Both the position numbers and the translations under genes were made by a program. Source: Hydrolagus colliei (Eukaryota). From it: 64,000 nucleotides of DNA. Under the pieces are notes generated by a model. It was not told the DNA's origin and ran no database searches. It worked only from the letters and a program-made list of their open reading frames with translations. How positions within the stretch are numbered: the first letter of the stretch is position 1; every line of letters begins with the position of its first letter. The stretch spans positions 11,036,001 to 11,100,000 of the forward strand of contig CM068748.1 of assembly GCA_035084275.1 (NCBI GenBank), in the 5' to 3' direction. Positions 13,637-25,578 of this stretch are shown in pieces.

Positions 13637-14870
13637 ACAAGCAACAACAACAATTTGGATTTATATATAGCGCCCGCCACGCCGGATGGCGAATCAAGAG
13701 CGGTTCACAATAACGGATCCTGGGGCCAAGCCTGGGGGAGGGGGAAAAGGTGACCAAACGCGCAGTCAAAAAGAAAGGTATGTAGTTGTAACCTGGAAAT
13801 GGGTAAAGAGGGCGCGAGGCGAAAGGAGTGAGGAAGGGAGTTCCAGAGCCTCGGGGCGGAATGGCTGAAGGCACGGCCGCCAACAGTGGAATGGAGGTTT
13901 CGGGAAACAAGAAAGAGTCCAGACCCGGTAGAGCGAAGGCAACGGGTGCTGTTGTGAGGAGAGGAGGTAGGGTTTGCAGAGGAGTGGAGAGTTGAAAACA
14001 AGAGTGAGGATCTTGAAATCGATCCGCTCCGAGACAGGGAGCCAATGAAGTCTGGCAAGGATTGCGGTAATCGGGAAGCGAAGTTTGGTATGAATCAGAA
14101 TGCGGGTGGCAGAATTTTGAATAACCTGGATTTTGTTAATGGTGGTGGAGCGGAGACCGATGGGGGACATTTGAATAGTCCAACCGAGAGGTGACAAAGG
14201 CATGACCGGTGTTTTAGCAGTTTTTGTGGTGAGATATTGGCGGAGATGGGCGATGCGTCGGAGCTGGAAGAAAGCAGTGCTGGTGAGGGACCGGATGTGG
14301 GGGAGGAAGGATAATTGGGGGTCAAATGTGACACCTAAGTTGAGTACGGGTTTGGAGAGTTTTAGGGGAAGGTCGGGTAGATGGAGGAGGTGAGAGGCAT
14401 GGGACTGAAGACATCGATGAGAGCCAGAGTATGGCCCCTGTCTTGTCAACATTGAGCTGAAGGAAATTCGCACTCATCCAGCTCTTGATGTCTGACAGGC
14501 AGGCTGACAGAACATCAGGGACTGGGGGTCACAAACTGGGTTGGGTATCAACCGCATATATATGGAAGCGTGCCCCATGTCTGCGGATGACATCACCAAG
14601 AGGGAGCATGTAGATAAAGAATAGAAAGGGTCCAAAGATAGATCTTTGGGGTACCCCAAAGGCAACTGGGCAAAAGTAGGAGGAAATGTCGTTAATAGAG
14701 ATGTACTGCTGGCGGTTTGTGAGGTAGGACACAAACCAGGTGAGTGCGTTCCCACTGAGGTGGACGACGGAGGACAGGCGGTGGAGGAGGATGGCGTAAT
14801 CGACTGTGTCGAAAGCGGCGGAGAGGTGGGAGACAAGGAGGCAGAGGGAGCCCTAGTCACAACAGAGGAT
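13637..14870 (-). mobile_element. 5'-truncated L2 LINE (RT domain, C-terminus, 3' tail), frameshifted
   Basis: SYLTNRQQYI...GVPQRSIFGPFLFFIYMLPLGDVIRRHGARFHIYAVDTQ (RT), NLGVTFDPQLSFLPHI, LARLHWLPVSERIDFKIL, VGGRAFSHSAPRLWNSLP; (TTG)n tail at 13637. Confidence 0.95.
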
Positions 14871-16159
14871 AGTTCTTTCTATCCGAAGCAGTTCTTTGCT
14901 TTTTCAAACTTGAGTAAAAACTTGAGAAGCTTGAGAGCAACATAACAATTGAATATTATAAGATTCTTATTCTTTATACTATAGATTTCTATTACAAAGA
15001 AAATCAATATCGCCATCATCCTAAGTACAGTAGTGTGCACATAATATAGATGAAAGAACACCTATATCAGTGTGAATTGGGAACTGAAAGTCCAAGGAAT
15101 AACTTAAATGGCACTCAAAACAAACATAAAATGCATATTGTAAACTTATTATTTAATATTCTGTATTTTGGTATTTCAAATGTCCTTGAATAAACTGGAA
15201 ATGGCGCTTTAAAGAAGATCTTTAAATTCTTTAAATGGAAATAATTCAAAAAAGGATATAATTTCAGTTCATAATAATATATATACACTATAAGGAATGT
15301 AACATTTCAGATGTGAAAATCATTACATCATTGTTTCAGGCATTTACAAATGGCACCCCTACCAATAACGTTTCAGGTGACAAAACCCATTTATCAAACA
15401 TATAATAACATTGGTGCACTGTACAACATATGAAGTAAGGATTGTTTGTAATGAGCATACTGATGATGGACTCCTCCAAATGCTTCATGTCCCCACGTTT
15501 TCAAATAAATGATTATCAGCATTAATAGCGAATTACTAAAAACTTATTAAAAATCTCCTTTGTAAAATAGAAATGCACAGGAACCAAAAGACCATTGTGA
15601 TTTAACTACCCAGAAAACAAACATGTGTACATAGCAATAGCGAGCATCTGAATCGCAGTTAAAATGGTAACTGTTACTTGCTGAACTACATGTATCACAA
15701 CTCCTACAAATTTGTATATTTATTACAACCTCCAAATCTCAATTTACTGAACAAAAAAGTGAAAATGATCTTGCACTGGACTTATTGAATGTAGATTTAC
15801 TGTTAGTGGACAAATTGCTATTTTAACTGCCCAACAAATACATTATGCACCTTATTTTGAAAGATGATAATTTATAAAACTTTCAACTTTGTCCTGAAAA
15901 GTACGAATCATTAATTGATGAGCATGAATCCAGATTTTTGTTCCTTCAGCAAATGTTTTATTTTAATGGATAGTTCTACAATTTCATCTACTCTACAAGT
16001 AGAACTATCTTGGAATATGTAAAACTGCACGGTTCTTGTAAGAAGGAGATTAGCTTCTTGGGTGTATTCTAATTGCTACTCAGTTGTATTAATCAAGGAT
16101 TAGATATAGAGGATATTTCAACATCTGTATTCACTCAGATGAAACAAGGACATATTATT

Positions 16160-16447
16160 AATAATAATCCTTGCATTTGATATAGTGCTTCATCATGTCT
16201 TCTGGACATCTCAAAGCACTTCACAGAATATATCGTAAACTGAATTGACTGTATATTTATGGGTGAAACACGGCAGCCAATTGCACACAGCAGTGTCTCA
16301 CAAACAGTCGTGGATTGAAATGACCAATTTTTTTTTAGGGATTATTATCAGGTGTAAGGAAGGTTGACCAAGGTCTCGCCCCGTCTAGATTCGAACCCAG
16401 GTCTCTCGCCTTGTAAGGCGAGTGCTTTAACCACTGAGCTACAGGAC
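16160..16447 (-). mobile_element. Full-length tRNA-derived SINE with Deu-like core and L2-type tail (SINE2-1_CM-like)
   Basis: Head GTCCTGTAGCTCAGTGGTTAAAGC...GGGTTCGAATCT (Pol III A/B boxes), core tttgtgagacactgctgtgtgcaattggctgcc, tail aatgcaaggattattatt; several copies in window. Confidence 0.9.
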
Positions 16448-17229
16448 TGCACGAACATGCTAGAAATACACAACAGTTGATCAGCATGAATGGAAAAGAT
16501 CAATTTTATGAGTATACTCAACCTCTTTCGGAAGCTTGATGATTTGCTGTGCATTTCTTGTACTCACTGCGTTTACTTCAGATTTCCAGCATCCAACATT
16601 GTGTCTTTCTATCTCTTACTTTACTCAAGTTTGGATGTGTTGTATTAAAATCAATCTCAGACCATTCCAGTGAAGTGTTTTTTGTACTGTCTGGACCATG
16701 CATCTTCCCCGACCATGCAGGAAAGAGATCTGAAATCAGGTTTCTGTGAATCTTTTGGATAATTACAAGATGTGCAAAATTGCTCATGGTGAACATATCT
16801 ATTGTTTTTTCTCCTGTCGCCCTGCTGATTGTTTGGTAACTCACTGGTATGTTTGGCATACACAATGCTGTACAATGTAGGATTTTCATTGCATATTTCT
16901 GTCAGACACTGGAGAGAGGAAAAGTTTTGGTATTCTTGTGATGAAAGTTTTTTCCACCCAACTCAAAATTAAATGGTATACAATGTGACATTGCAGAGAT
17001 TATTTTATGAAAAATTATTCAAATTTACCATTTTAAATGGAGCAGAAATCATTTCAAATAAAAAAAATGTTCTTGAATTGGTAAGTAACATTTTGCTTTT
17101 TAAAAAAATCTAATTAAAGGGAACATAAAGCATTGAATCAAGAAATGGAGAATGAGAGAATGAATGATGAACACAAAAAATGTACATAAGGCATTGAGAT
17201 ACCACCAGATGCACAATAGTCAGACTTAC

Positions 17230-17328
17230 ATGAGTTTCTTTATGGACAGTTTGGGTAGTTTTATCAACACGTGAAACCACTGTTCCTTTTGTGGCGTGGC
17301 CCTCTTTTTGACAATTACATTTAATGCT
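17230..17328 (-). CDS. CCSER2: CCSER2 99-nt coding exon (SIKCNCQKEGHATKGTVVSRVDKTTQTVHKETH)
   Basis: Acceptor ttattccacacag|AGC, donor CAT|gtaagt; phase 0-0; matches recalled human CHQKCKEEKCTYADKYTQT; not the frame shown in the ORF track. Confidence 0.85.
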
Positions 17329-17392
17329 CTGTGTGGAATAAAAAAATAAGAGTTAGTCAAGTAAGATTTAATAAGACTGTTCATTCTACATA

Positions 17393-17605
17393 CAGTAAAA
17401 GCATGTTTATCCGGCACCCGATCAATCACAACTTCCGTTTAACCGGCATTGCCAAAACAAATCAGCATTCGATTAATTGGAATTTATCCGGAAAAATGCA
17501 TAGAGTTTTTTTAATATTTTGTTTTGCGTTTTCAGCCGAATATCTGGCAGACACTTTAACCGGCATTGGCCAGGTCCCGAGTGTGCCGGATAAACGCCTT
17601 TACTG
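17393..17605 (+). mobile_element. Tigger/pogo-type MITE (TA target duplication)
   Basis: TA|CAGTAAAAGCATGTTTATCCGGCAC ... GTGCCGGATAAACGCCTTTACTG|TA. Confidence 0.9.
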
Positions 17606-18483
17606 TACCACCATTCTAGACATTTTAGTCACTAACATCACTTATTATGTTGCACTCTAATAGCCTGTTGACCCCAGGCGAATGCCACTTAATGAAAGCA
17701 TCCAAAATGATCAGTTCTAAACCAGTCAAGAGCAAAGCAAGGTCAAATTCTAATTGGGTCATAAATTAAAAAGTTGCTGTTTTAAAGCCATTCTCCACTA
17801 GATATAATGCCTTTTATTAAAAGAAAGTGAGATGTTTCACTATTAATGAAATGACATAAATAGAATGGCACTTTGCTATCTTACTATTGTAGTTTCACGT
17901 AAATATTTATGACTTTGCATATCAATAATAGGCATGTCTGCTCTCAAATCTCAGTGAAGAATACTATACCATCTTGTAAAGATTTCCCTGACATTCTACA
18001 TTTCACAGTACATACCATAGTTCCTAGAACAATGGTTGCTGAATTATATTCTATTGAATATAATGCTCTTTAATTTTATGACATTATTTTCCACTTATTT
18101 TTCTCTGCAAAATCTATATAAAATATTGTGTGCTTTGGCAGATTATGTATTGTTTCCAAATATGTTACTTACACAGGGTGTGTTGTATTTCAATGTGGCT
18201 ATTGATGAATTAGTAATAAAGAAATCCATAATTTGTCATATGGCGAGTAAATACTGGTGGAAAAACATTTAATTATGTACTCATTAATAATACATTTAAT
18301 GGAGAAAGATTCTGGAGATGTCATGCCGTGTCATACATCCTGAGGCAAAACAATTTCTTGCAGTAATGAGTTTCTGTCCCTATCGTAATGCCCTCATTCT
18401 AATCAGGAACAGATGGAGGGTACACTACTAAAACAACAGGAACATTTCTTCTTTCAGCAGCTGCTAGATGGCATCCTTTACAG

Positions 18484-19063
18484 CAGTGGCTTCCAAACTT
18501 TGAATAGCAACACCCCCCTGAACTCAGCAATGTTTTTGTTGCGCCCCCACCATGCTTCACACTCGCCTCCACACTCCACACTCGACTGACTCCACCGACC
18601 GACCCCCAAAAACAAAACTTGCACAATAGTTTTAACACAGAATGTTTCTTGTCTAAGCTTCCTTTAACATAGGTTGATCTCCAATAACCATCAAAGGCAG
18701 TGACAAGCTTTATGCCCTGCTATATAAATACAGCAATGATGAGCAGAAGGAGGTGCTGCCATTTTGGGCTTTGATTTTCTCAAGTTCCTCCTCCGTGACA
18801 TCACTTTCACCCCTCAAGTTTGAATCCTTGGCAACGGGTTTAGATACTCACACTGGGGCAGTGGCTTCCAAACTTTGAATAGCGGCGCTCCCCTAACTCA
18901 GCAACGTTTTTGTTGTGCCCCCCCCCCATCCTTCACACTCGGCTCCACTCAGGTCCTCGGCTGTCTCGGCTCCACACGCACTCGGAGGCTCGGGACGATA
19001 AAGCTCTGTGCCCCAGCCTACGGTACACTCCCCCAAAAGTGCCTCACAGTTTGGAAACCACTG
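18484..19063 (+). mobile_element. hAT (Charlie-like) non-autonomous DNA transposon with 8-bp target duplication
   Basis: TIRs CAGTGGCTTCCAAAC / GTTTGGAAACCACTG; flanks CTTTACAG (18476-18483) and CTTTATAG (19064-19071), 7/8 identical. Confidence 0.85.
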
Positions 19064-19576
19064 CTTTATAGTGTTCTGGTCAATGATGGGTCTTCTCAGC
19101 TTACCAAGGTAATTCAGTAATTAAAATGAAGAAGTGTACTATTCATAATTACTAGTACCATATGAAGACTGACTTAGAATATTTAAAATTATATAATGTT
19201 CTTCACAGTCAATCGTGAAATGCATTTTCTATGTAAAAAGGAACAAGATATAAATGAACACTTACAAAGTAACCATATTGAATCCCATAGATCTAGTAAC
19301 TATCAACTGAGACAGAACATACTGCAGCAGGAAGAATGTCTGAAGAGCTATACTACAGTTGAAATAGGTGATTAATTGAACAACACAAAGAGCATAAATA
19401 TCTGAACAAACAAAACAGGTGAGCTGAGAAATGAAGGTAGATTTTAAAGTATATAAATATGTTAAGCATAATTGAACGAAACCCAGAAAAATATATTCAA
19501 ACTATGAAAGGATGTCCCTGAACAGAGATGGAAAAAGAATAGGATTTTGGTGTGATCTTCCACTGAAGGTTATCAT

Positions 19577-19741
19577 CAACAAGAACAACTTCGATTTGTA
19601 TAGCGCCCTCCACGCCGGACAGCGTCTCAGAGCGCTTCACAATAGCGGATCAGACGAGCTGAAGCTGCTATCAACAAATCTAATCACTTTGGGACTACAC
19701 CAGGGATGGTGGGCGCTATATAAATGCAAGCTGTTATTGTT
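19577..19741. mobile_element. Two L2-type 3' tails in opposite orientation
   Basis: caacaagaacaacttcgatttgtatagcgccctccac (minus tail) ... gggatggtgggcgctatataaatgcaagctgttattgtt (plus tail). Confidence 0.7.
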
Positions 19742-22249
19742 AATCAAATAATCAGGTTGCACGCTGAGGTCATATGACTATAAGCCACAATAAGTTATTC
19801 TAACCTTGTAGTGGCCTCTAGATCACCCGTGATTCGATTATCCTTTGTACAAATATTAACTTTCTAAAATATGTAGAAGCTTCCAGAGCAATTCAATTCA
19901 TTAAAATTAACTTATGAGTTTGAAATGTACACAGCTGCAAACAAATACTTATTTGTTGACATCCAGTCCATTGCAACCAACAAAGCTAATGAAATACTAG
20001 ATTATACCTTGATTGAATTGACAACAAGTGAAAAGAAGTTATTTGAATTATGTATGGATGGTTGGAAGGTAGTGTGCAATTTTGAGCGTGCTATCTGCAA
20101 AAGGAGATTGAAACATTTGACAAGGCAAAGGCAAGAGCAACAAGGGCAATTCCAGACCTTAAAACTTGATAGTAGCTTATTATACCAATTGGAAATAGGG
20201 CAAGGTCTCTTGCTGACGCGAAAAGCCAGACCTTCCTCAGATATTTTACAGTTCTGTACGCTTAAACAATGACTTACAACAACAACAAAATAACATTTGT
20301 AGAGCAAGCCCATTTCACATCCGGAGGCATGGGACCCTAAAAGATGGATCTGTGATAATAATACGTAATAATAAAAATAAATTGCATGATCCAGACTTTG
20401 GTTGGGCAAGAGGGTATGACTAAAGTATGTCTCTTGAGGTCTATTGAAGAGTCACTGGACTACAAAATACAGCCATTCCACTTCACAACATATTCTGTGA
20501 AGTCCTTTGAAACATCTCAATGATGTGATAAGCTGCTATATCAAATGGAAGAATTATTATTATATTGCAATTGCATTAAATCTAGTTGAGCTGATAAAAC
20601 TCATCAGTCTTTCACCTGAAATAGACAACTTTTCTGATATTAATTAGTTGGTTTCAAGTACACTGGTATTAGAACTAGAAAGGCTTAAAGTTATGTTCCA
20701 GGAGTTTGTAAATTTGCAATTCCTAATGTTATTTTGAAAGTAAAGTCTGCTCCAAAGATATCGTAACATACATAACACTAAAACAAGAGGATGTGATGTT
20801 CTATCCATTTCAATTGGAAAATGTTCATCAAAACAAAAGGAAACATTTCTGCTATAACACATTTACTCTCAAACAATGTTATTTATTACTTCCTGGAAAT
20901 TGAATATTTTCCAATGTTAAATGTATGATGACAATAGCATTTAAAAGCTAAATATAGTTAATGTTTCAGATGTACCACTCTCAGAACATAACATTTTGAG
21001 ATTCAAAGCAAGAAAAAAACAAGTGCTGAAGAATGATCATCACTCAAACATTAATCTAATTTGTTTTCCAATGGAGGAATCCATTGATGAAGAAAACTGA
21101 GAGAGAGCTATTCCGTCTCCATTTATTCAACTGTTATGCACTTATGCAGTACATTAAGGACTGCTTTCATCGGTTGAAATTATAAGAGGAAAGTTCTTCA
21201 AGCTTGGCAAATGCAATTAGCCACAATGGAAACAACACTTGACATTTTAGCATTACTGTAATTTCCAGGTTTCACTTAATAGGAATAATACTTGCATTTG
21301 ATTGACCTTATGGTATGGGCAATTTTTCATGTTTCAGTTCTTCATTGACTACAAAACCAGTCTCTAAAATTGTGTTTCAGTAAAAACAAAATCATTTGTC
21401 AAAGATGTGTCCATGAAAGCAGGTCCCATTAATGTAATTTTACACGTATTTGGAATTGGGTGTCTTCAGTTTTAATATTTTTAACGAAAGGAATTTATAG
21501 CTAACACTTTATTCCAATATTTTACTAAGTTCACACAAAAATAACAAATTTTAGAAAATAATTCACCAAAAAATGTTATATTTTCAACAAAACAATATAG
21601 TAGTTTGAAAAAGTTAAAATAATTGATGATATGGCATTTACTTGAGCTGGATGGAATGTAGCAACTACAGTGATAAATGAAAGGTTATACTGATCTGTTT
21701 ACATGAACAATTAACTGATCAGCATTTACAAGAGCAATAATGAGGTAATTAATCTATAGCCTACATACATATTGATTTACAATTGGCAAACCTGACCATC
21801 TTAAGTGATATACTTTCCCCAACAGAACTGCTTTTTATGTTCAACTTGTTTATGAACATCATTAATATTCTTTTTGGGTTCGAGTATATTTTGAAAAAAA
21901 TAACATTGTAATGGGGAAGCAATCTAAATTGAGTTATTGAACTGAACAGTGCAGGAAAACTGATTTACTAATTTACTTAGTTGCAATGACAGCATCACTG
22001 AAGCAATCCAGATAATTTGGTGTATCTGACAATATTAAATGTATCTGTTGTTTTGGTCTCAATTGATTCTAATTTATCTTCAAGAAGTCATTAGCACTCC
22101 TTGTTGAAACAATGCAAAATAAATGGAGATATACAACAACAATTTGCATTTATATAGCCTCATTCACACAGGACAGTGTCTCAGAGCACTTTTCTACTCC
22201 CAGATCATTCTCAAGCCCCAAGACATGCCAAAATCCTGCACCATTACCT

Positions 22250-23075
22250 ACCACCTCCTCCACGCCCCTTCTGAAGCACCCTTGATCCTCACCTCTAATG
22301 CCAAGAGCGAAGAAGTCCTGAACCTTTTTATCTCTAAGACAGATAACAGCCGTCTGCCTGCCTCCTCCTGTTCCCCCCCACCACTTTTTCGCCTACCATG
22401 GTTTTCGCCCAGCCCAAACACAGAGACAGCCCCCGCCAAAGAAACAAATGACGTCTTCTCCTTATGACCAGGTGTTCCTCTACCTCCTCGACCTATCCAC
22501 CACATTCAACACAGTCGATCACACTATCTTCCTCTACCACCTTTCCTCCCGAATCCACTTAAGTGGAACCTCTCATGGTTCGAGTCTGACTTAACAGACG
22601 ACAATACATCTTTTTCCTTCTGTCCTCACCCGGTCACCTGTGGGGTAACCCCAAGGCTCCATCCTTGGCCCCTTTTCTAACCTTAGTTATCTGTGTCCTC
22701 TCGATGATGTTATCCGCAGATATGGGGTCAACTTATTTGGATGATACCCTAATCTACTTCTCCTGCTCTAGCTGTGACTCCTGGCCCACTGATATCCTGT
22801 CAGTTTGTTTGAAGGACATCAAGGCCTGGATAAGCACTAATTTCCTGCAGCTGAATATTGGTATGATGGAAACCATACTCTTTGGCTTGCGTCAACGTTC
22901 TCTCTCATGCAGATCTGAAGGCCTCAACTTCCCTAGGCACTCCCTCAGACTCACTGAACCCGTGTGCAACTTACGCGTCAGTTTGAATCCCCAGCTTTCC
23001 ATTCTACCCCACATCCACTTCCTGACCATGACCACTTTTTTCCACCTCCATCACATCACCTGCCTCCGTCCGTAT
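22250..23075 (+). mobile_element. Degraded L2 LINE ORF2 fragments (RT region)
   Basis: LLDLSTTFNTVDHTI, GVxQGSILGP, YLDDTLIY, DIKAWISTNFLQLN, NPQLSILPHI; preceded by a minus-strand L2 tail at ~22133-22190. Confidence 0.85.
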
Positions 23076-23099
23076 CATACAAGAAAATTCTATCCTAAA

Positions 23100-23275
23100 T
23101 AGTGGGGCTTGATTAAAAGTTTCACCAAAAATGGGGTTGAGGTATGAGCATGTAATATTCTGGAGGTGGAAGAAGGCAGCTTTGGAAAAAGTCCAGTTTG
23201 AAAGGAAATCCAAGGTTGCTCAGTGCCTAGTTCAGCCTGAGTGAGCAGCACTGGAGATGAAATCAGAGGCAGAGA
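23100..23275 (-). mobile_element. L2 LINE fragment, inverted relative to 22250-23075
   Basis: Minus frame SKAAFFHLQNITCSYLNP..ETF; same L2 segment as 22940-23075. Confidence 0.6.
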
Positions 23276-24029
23276 TTCTAAGGCTCGCAGATCAATAGTT
23301 TTTTTTGTCTGTTTGATTAATGTGGTTTGAGATACACAATGGTCTCTTGTAAGGTTCTTTTCAAATAGTGTTAGTTTAATTTTATTTCATTTTTCTAGAT
23401 TAAAACGCATGCTGTTGAAATCGAAAGATTGTTTTACCTAATTCTGAGACTGAGAATTGACACTACAGATATTCAAATATTGACAATGTTTTGTATTTCG
23501 CATTGTCACGAAAAGTTACAATGACTTTAGTTCCAATCACAAACTGATAGTGCTAGTGAAAGCAGCTGATTATTGGATAAGTCAAAAGATATAAGCTTTA
23601 CTGTAATAATTCATTTGCTTTAATATTATGGAACTGGATTATGGTTTTGATCCTAATTGGGCTTGCTTGCCTCAGATGGATGGGTCTTGCCTGGGTTGGG
23701 TGAATCTGAGTCTTATGCGCAATTGACTGAACTTTAGTGGCTTTCTCAAGTCATTAGATAAAGCACCAGGTTATTTTGAGTAATGCCAACTCAGATTAGG
23801 GTAATTCTCATTGTTCAAATGGAAGCAACCTGCACATAACATTGAGCCCAGGTCACAAACTGGTTAAATGCAATCTTTCATGTTTTACTTAGAATCTGGT
23901 TCTTGAAGAGACCTTTTGAAAAAAATATATAATACTTGCATGCACAAAAAAAATACGCACACACAACAATATTGTGTTGATACCAAGTTTTGGAGGAAGG
24001 TAATTAATATAAGGAAGATAAATATTGTA

Positions 24030-24280
24030 TTAAAAATGAACTAATTGAGCAGATGAGCCAAAGAATGGCAGATGGATTTTAATACAGATAAATACCATAT
24101 GATTTGCATTTTATCAAAAATAAGAAATCTGTACACATTAAAGGGGTGACTATTAGCAACAGTGAAGAAGGAAAAGGAGTTGGGCGTGATTATTGATTAT
24201 TCACTGAACGTTTTCTCTCAATGTGAAACTACATCAAAACGTTTTGTTGCATCTTGAAGGTATTTGACTGGAAGATTCAG
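24030..24280 (+). mobile_element. Degraded CR1 LINE RT fragment
   Basis: gaatggcagatggattttaatacagataaat (WQMDFNTDK) ... gaaaaggagttgggcgtgattattga (EKELGVII). Confidence 0.65.
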
Positions 24281-24339
24281 TATATTAATCTTTAAAGTTT
24301 TAAATTCTGATAAAATACAGTAAGTCATCATTGATGAAT

Positions 24340-24735
24340 TATAATAATAACAACCTATGCATTTGCTATAGTTCCAATCCATGGGATTTTAAAGAAGTGT
24401 ATTTGGGACTGCATTTGTAGGAAAATGCAGGAGTTAATTTGCGTATGTCAATGTCCCTCAAAAAGCCAATAAACAGATGACCAATTTTATTTGTAGGATT
24501 GTGGACCAGGTCACTGGGAGAAACCCACTTCTCTTTTTGAATAGTGCCATGGGATCTTTAATGTCTACCTTAACAAAAGATGGTATCTTGCTTTAATATT
24601 TCATTTAGAGGACTTAATCTCTGATGAAGCAATATTCCTCCTATGGAATGTTAACGTAAACTGAGAGATCAAAGTCCTGACATAGGACTTGAATTTACAA
24701 CTTTCTAACTTACTTAGAGGCAAGAATTTGCCTAC
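24340..24735 (-). mobile_element. Ancient Deu-domain SINE (SacSINE1/AmnSINE-like), degraded
   Basis: gaatagtgccatgggatctttaatgtctacc and aagtcctg..taggacttgaa are reverse complements of the element at 62710-63130. Confidence 0.65.
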
Positions 24736-24867
24736 AAATAGTATAATTACACAAATTTTATTGATACAGAGAAGCATCCATGAAGATTTTCAAATCATTT
24801 TCAAATCATTTTCCACAAAAAATAATGGATTTCATAGTCACTTCTTCCTTGAACCATTTTCCTAATA

Positions 24868-25578
24868 CACTTTATCCGTGACTCGATGCACCAGCACTTC
24901 CGTATAACCGGCATGCCCCCCAAAAAGTCCCCATTCGATAAACCGGAACTTATCCGGAACAATAGCAGTGTTTGTAAATGCATAAATAAGAACATAATAA
25001 TAGAATATTGTATTGGTACTTATTATTAAAACTACTCTCTTGTGTTTTTTACCTTTGCTGGTAGATTCTGCGCTTGAAGCCATGATGCTGCGGTTCAGGT
25101 TTATAGTCCAGCTATTCTTTTTAAAATGGAGCGGGTGAAAAAAGCGCGTATAACTTTAAAGTCATACTAGCGGCAAATCGATAACGCTAGCCGATAACCC
25201 ACATTGTCGCGCAGGTACAGTATTTCGGTTTGCCACTAGTAGAGTCTAGGGCTTCGGCTTGCAGCTAGTACAGCTGCTCGACTTTAAAATCACGCTGCCG
25301 TTTTTTTCACCTACTTGGCTCCATTTAAAAAATAATCACTGGACTGTAAACCTCAAACAGTAAAAGTGAGAAGCGCAAGAGAGTAGTTTTAACAATACGT
25401 ACCAATGTAATATTCTATTATTATCTGTTATTACTTAGTCTGGTGTGTATGGTGTGTGTTAAAATAACTTTAATTTTTTTGTAGTGGGCTTTTGGCGGCG
25501 GGCCGCCCGAGTATCCGGCAGGCACTTTAACCGGCATTGGCCAGGTCCAGCGGGTGTCGGATAAACGGGCTTCTACTG
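24868..25578 (+). mobile_element. Long Tigger/pogo-type non-autonomous element with internal foldback
   Basis: Right end GTGTCGGATAAACGGGCTTCTACTG|TA, degenerate left end taca..tttatccg; subterminal sequence shared with the other MITEs; internal arms encode K(R/H)KRVVL in both orientations. Confidence 0.8.

Noticed and set aside
13766-14860. Longest ORFs in the track (235 aa, 128 aa) as a host gene
   Set aside because: Frameshifted pieces of an L2 reverse transcriptase
16375-16447. tRNA-like sequence with A and B boxes (also near 29340 and 61140-61213)
   Set aside because: Continues directly into a SINE body and tail; anticodon loop irregular and differing between copies; a SINE head, not a tRNA gene
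16523-16889. Overlapping minus-strand ORFs (103 aa, 72 aa)
   Set aside because: No homology, and the phase-0 acceptor leads to an early stop; expected by chance
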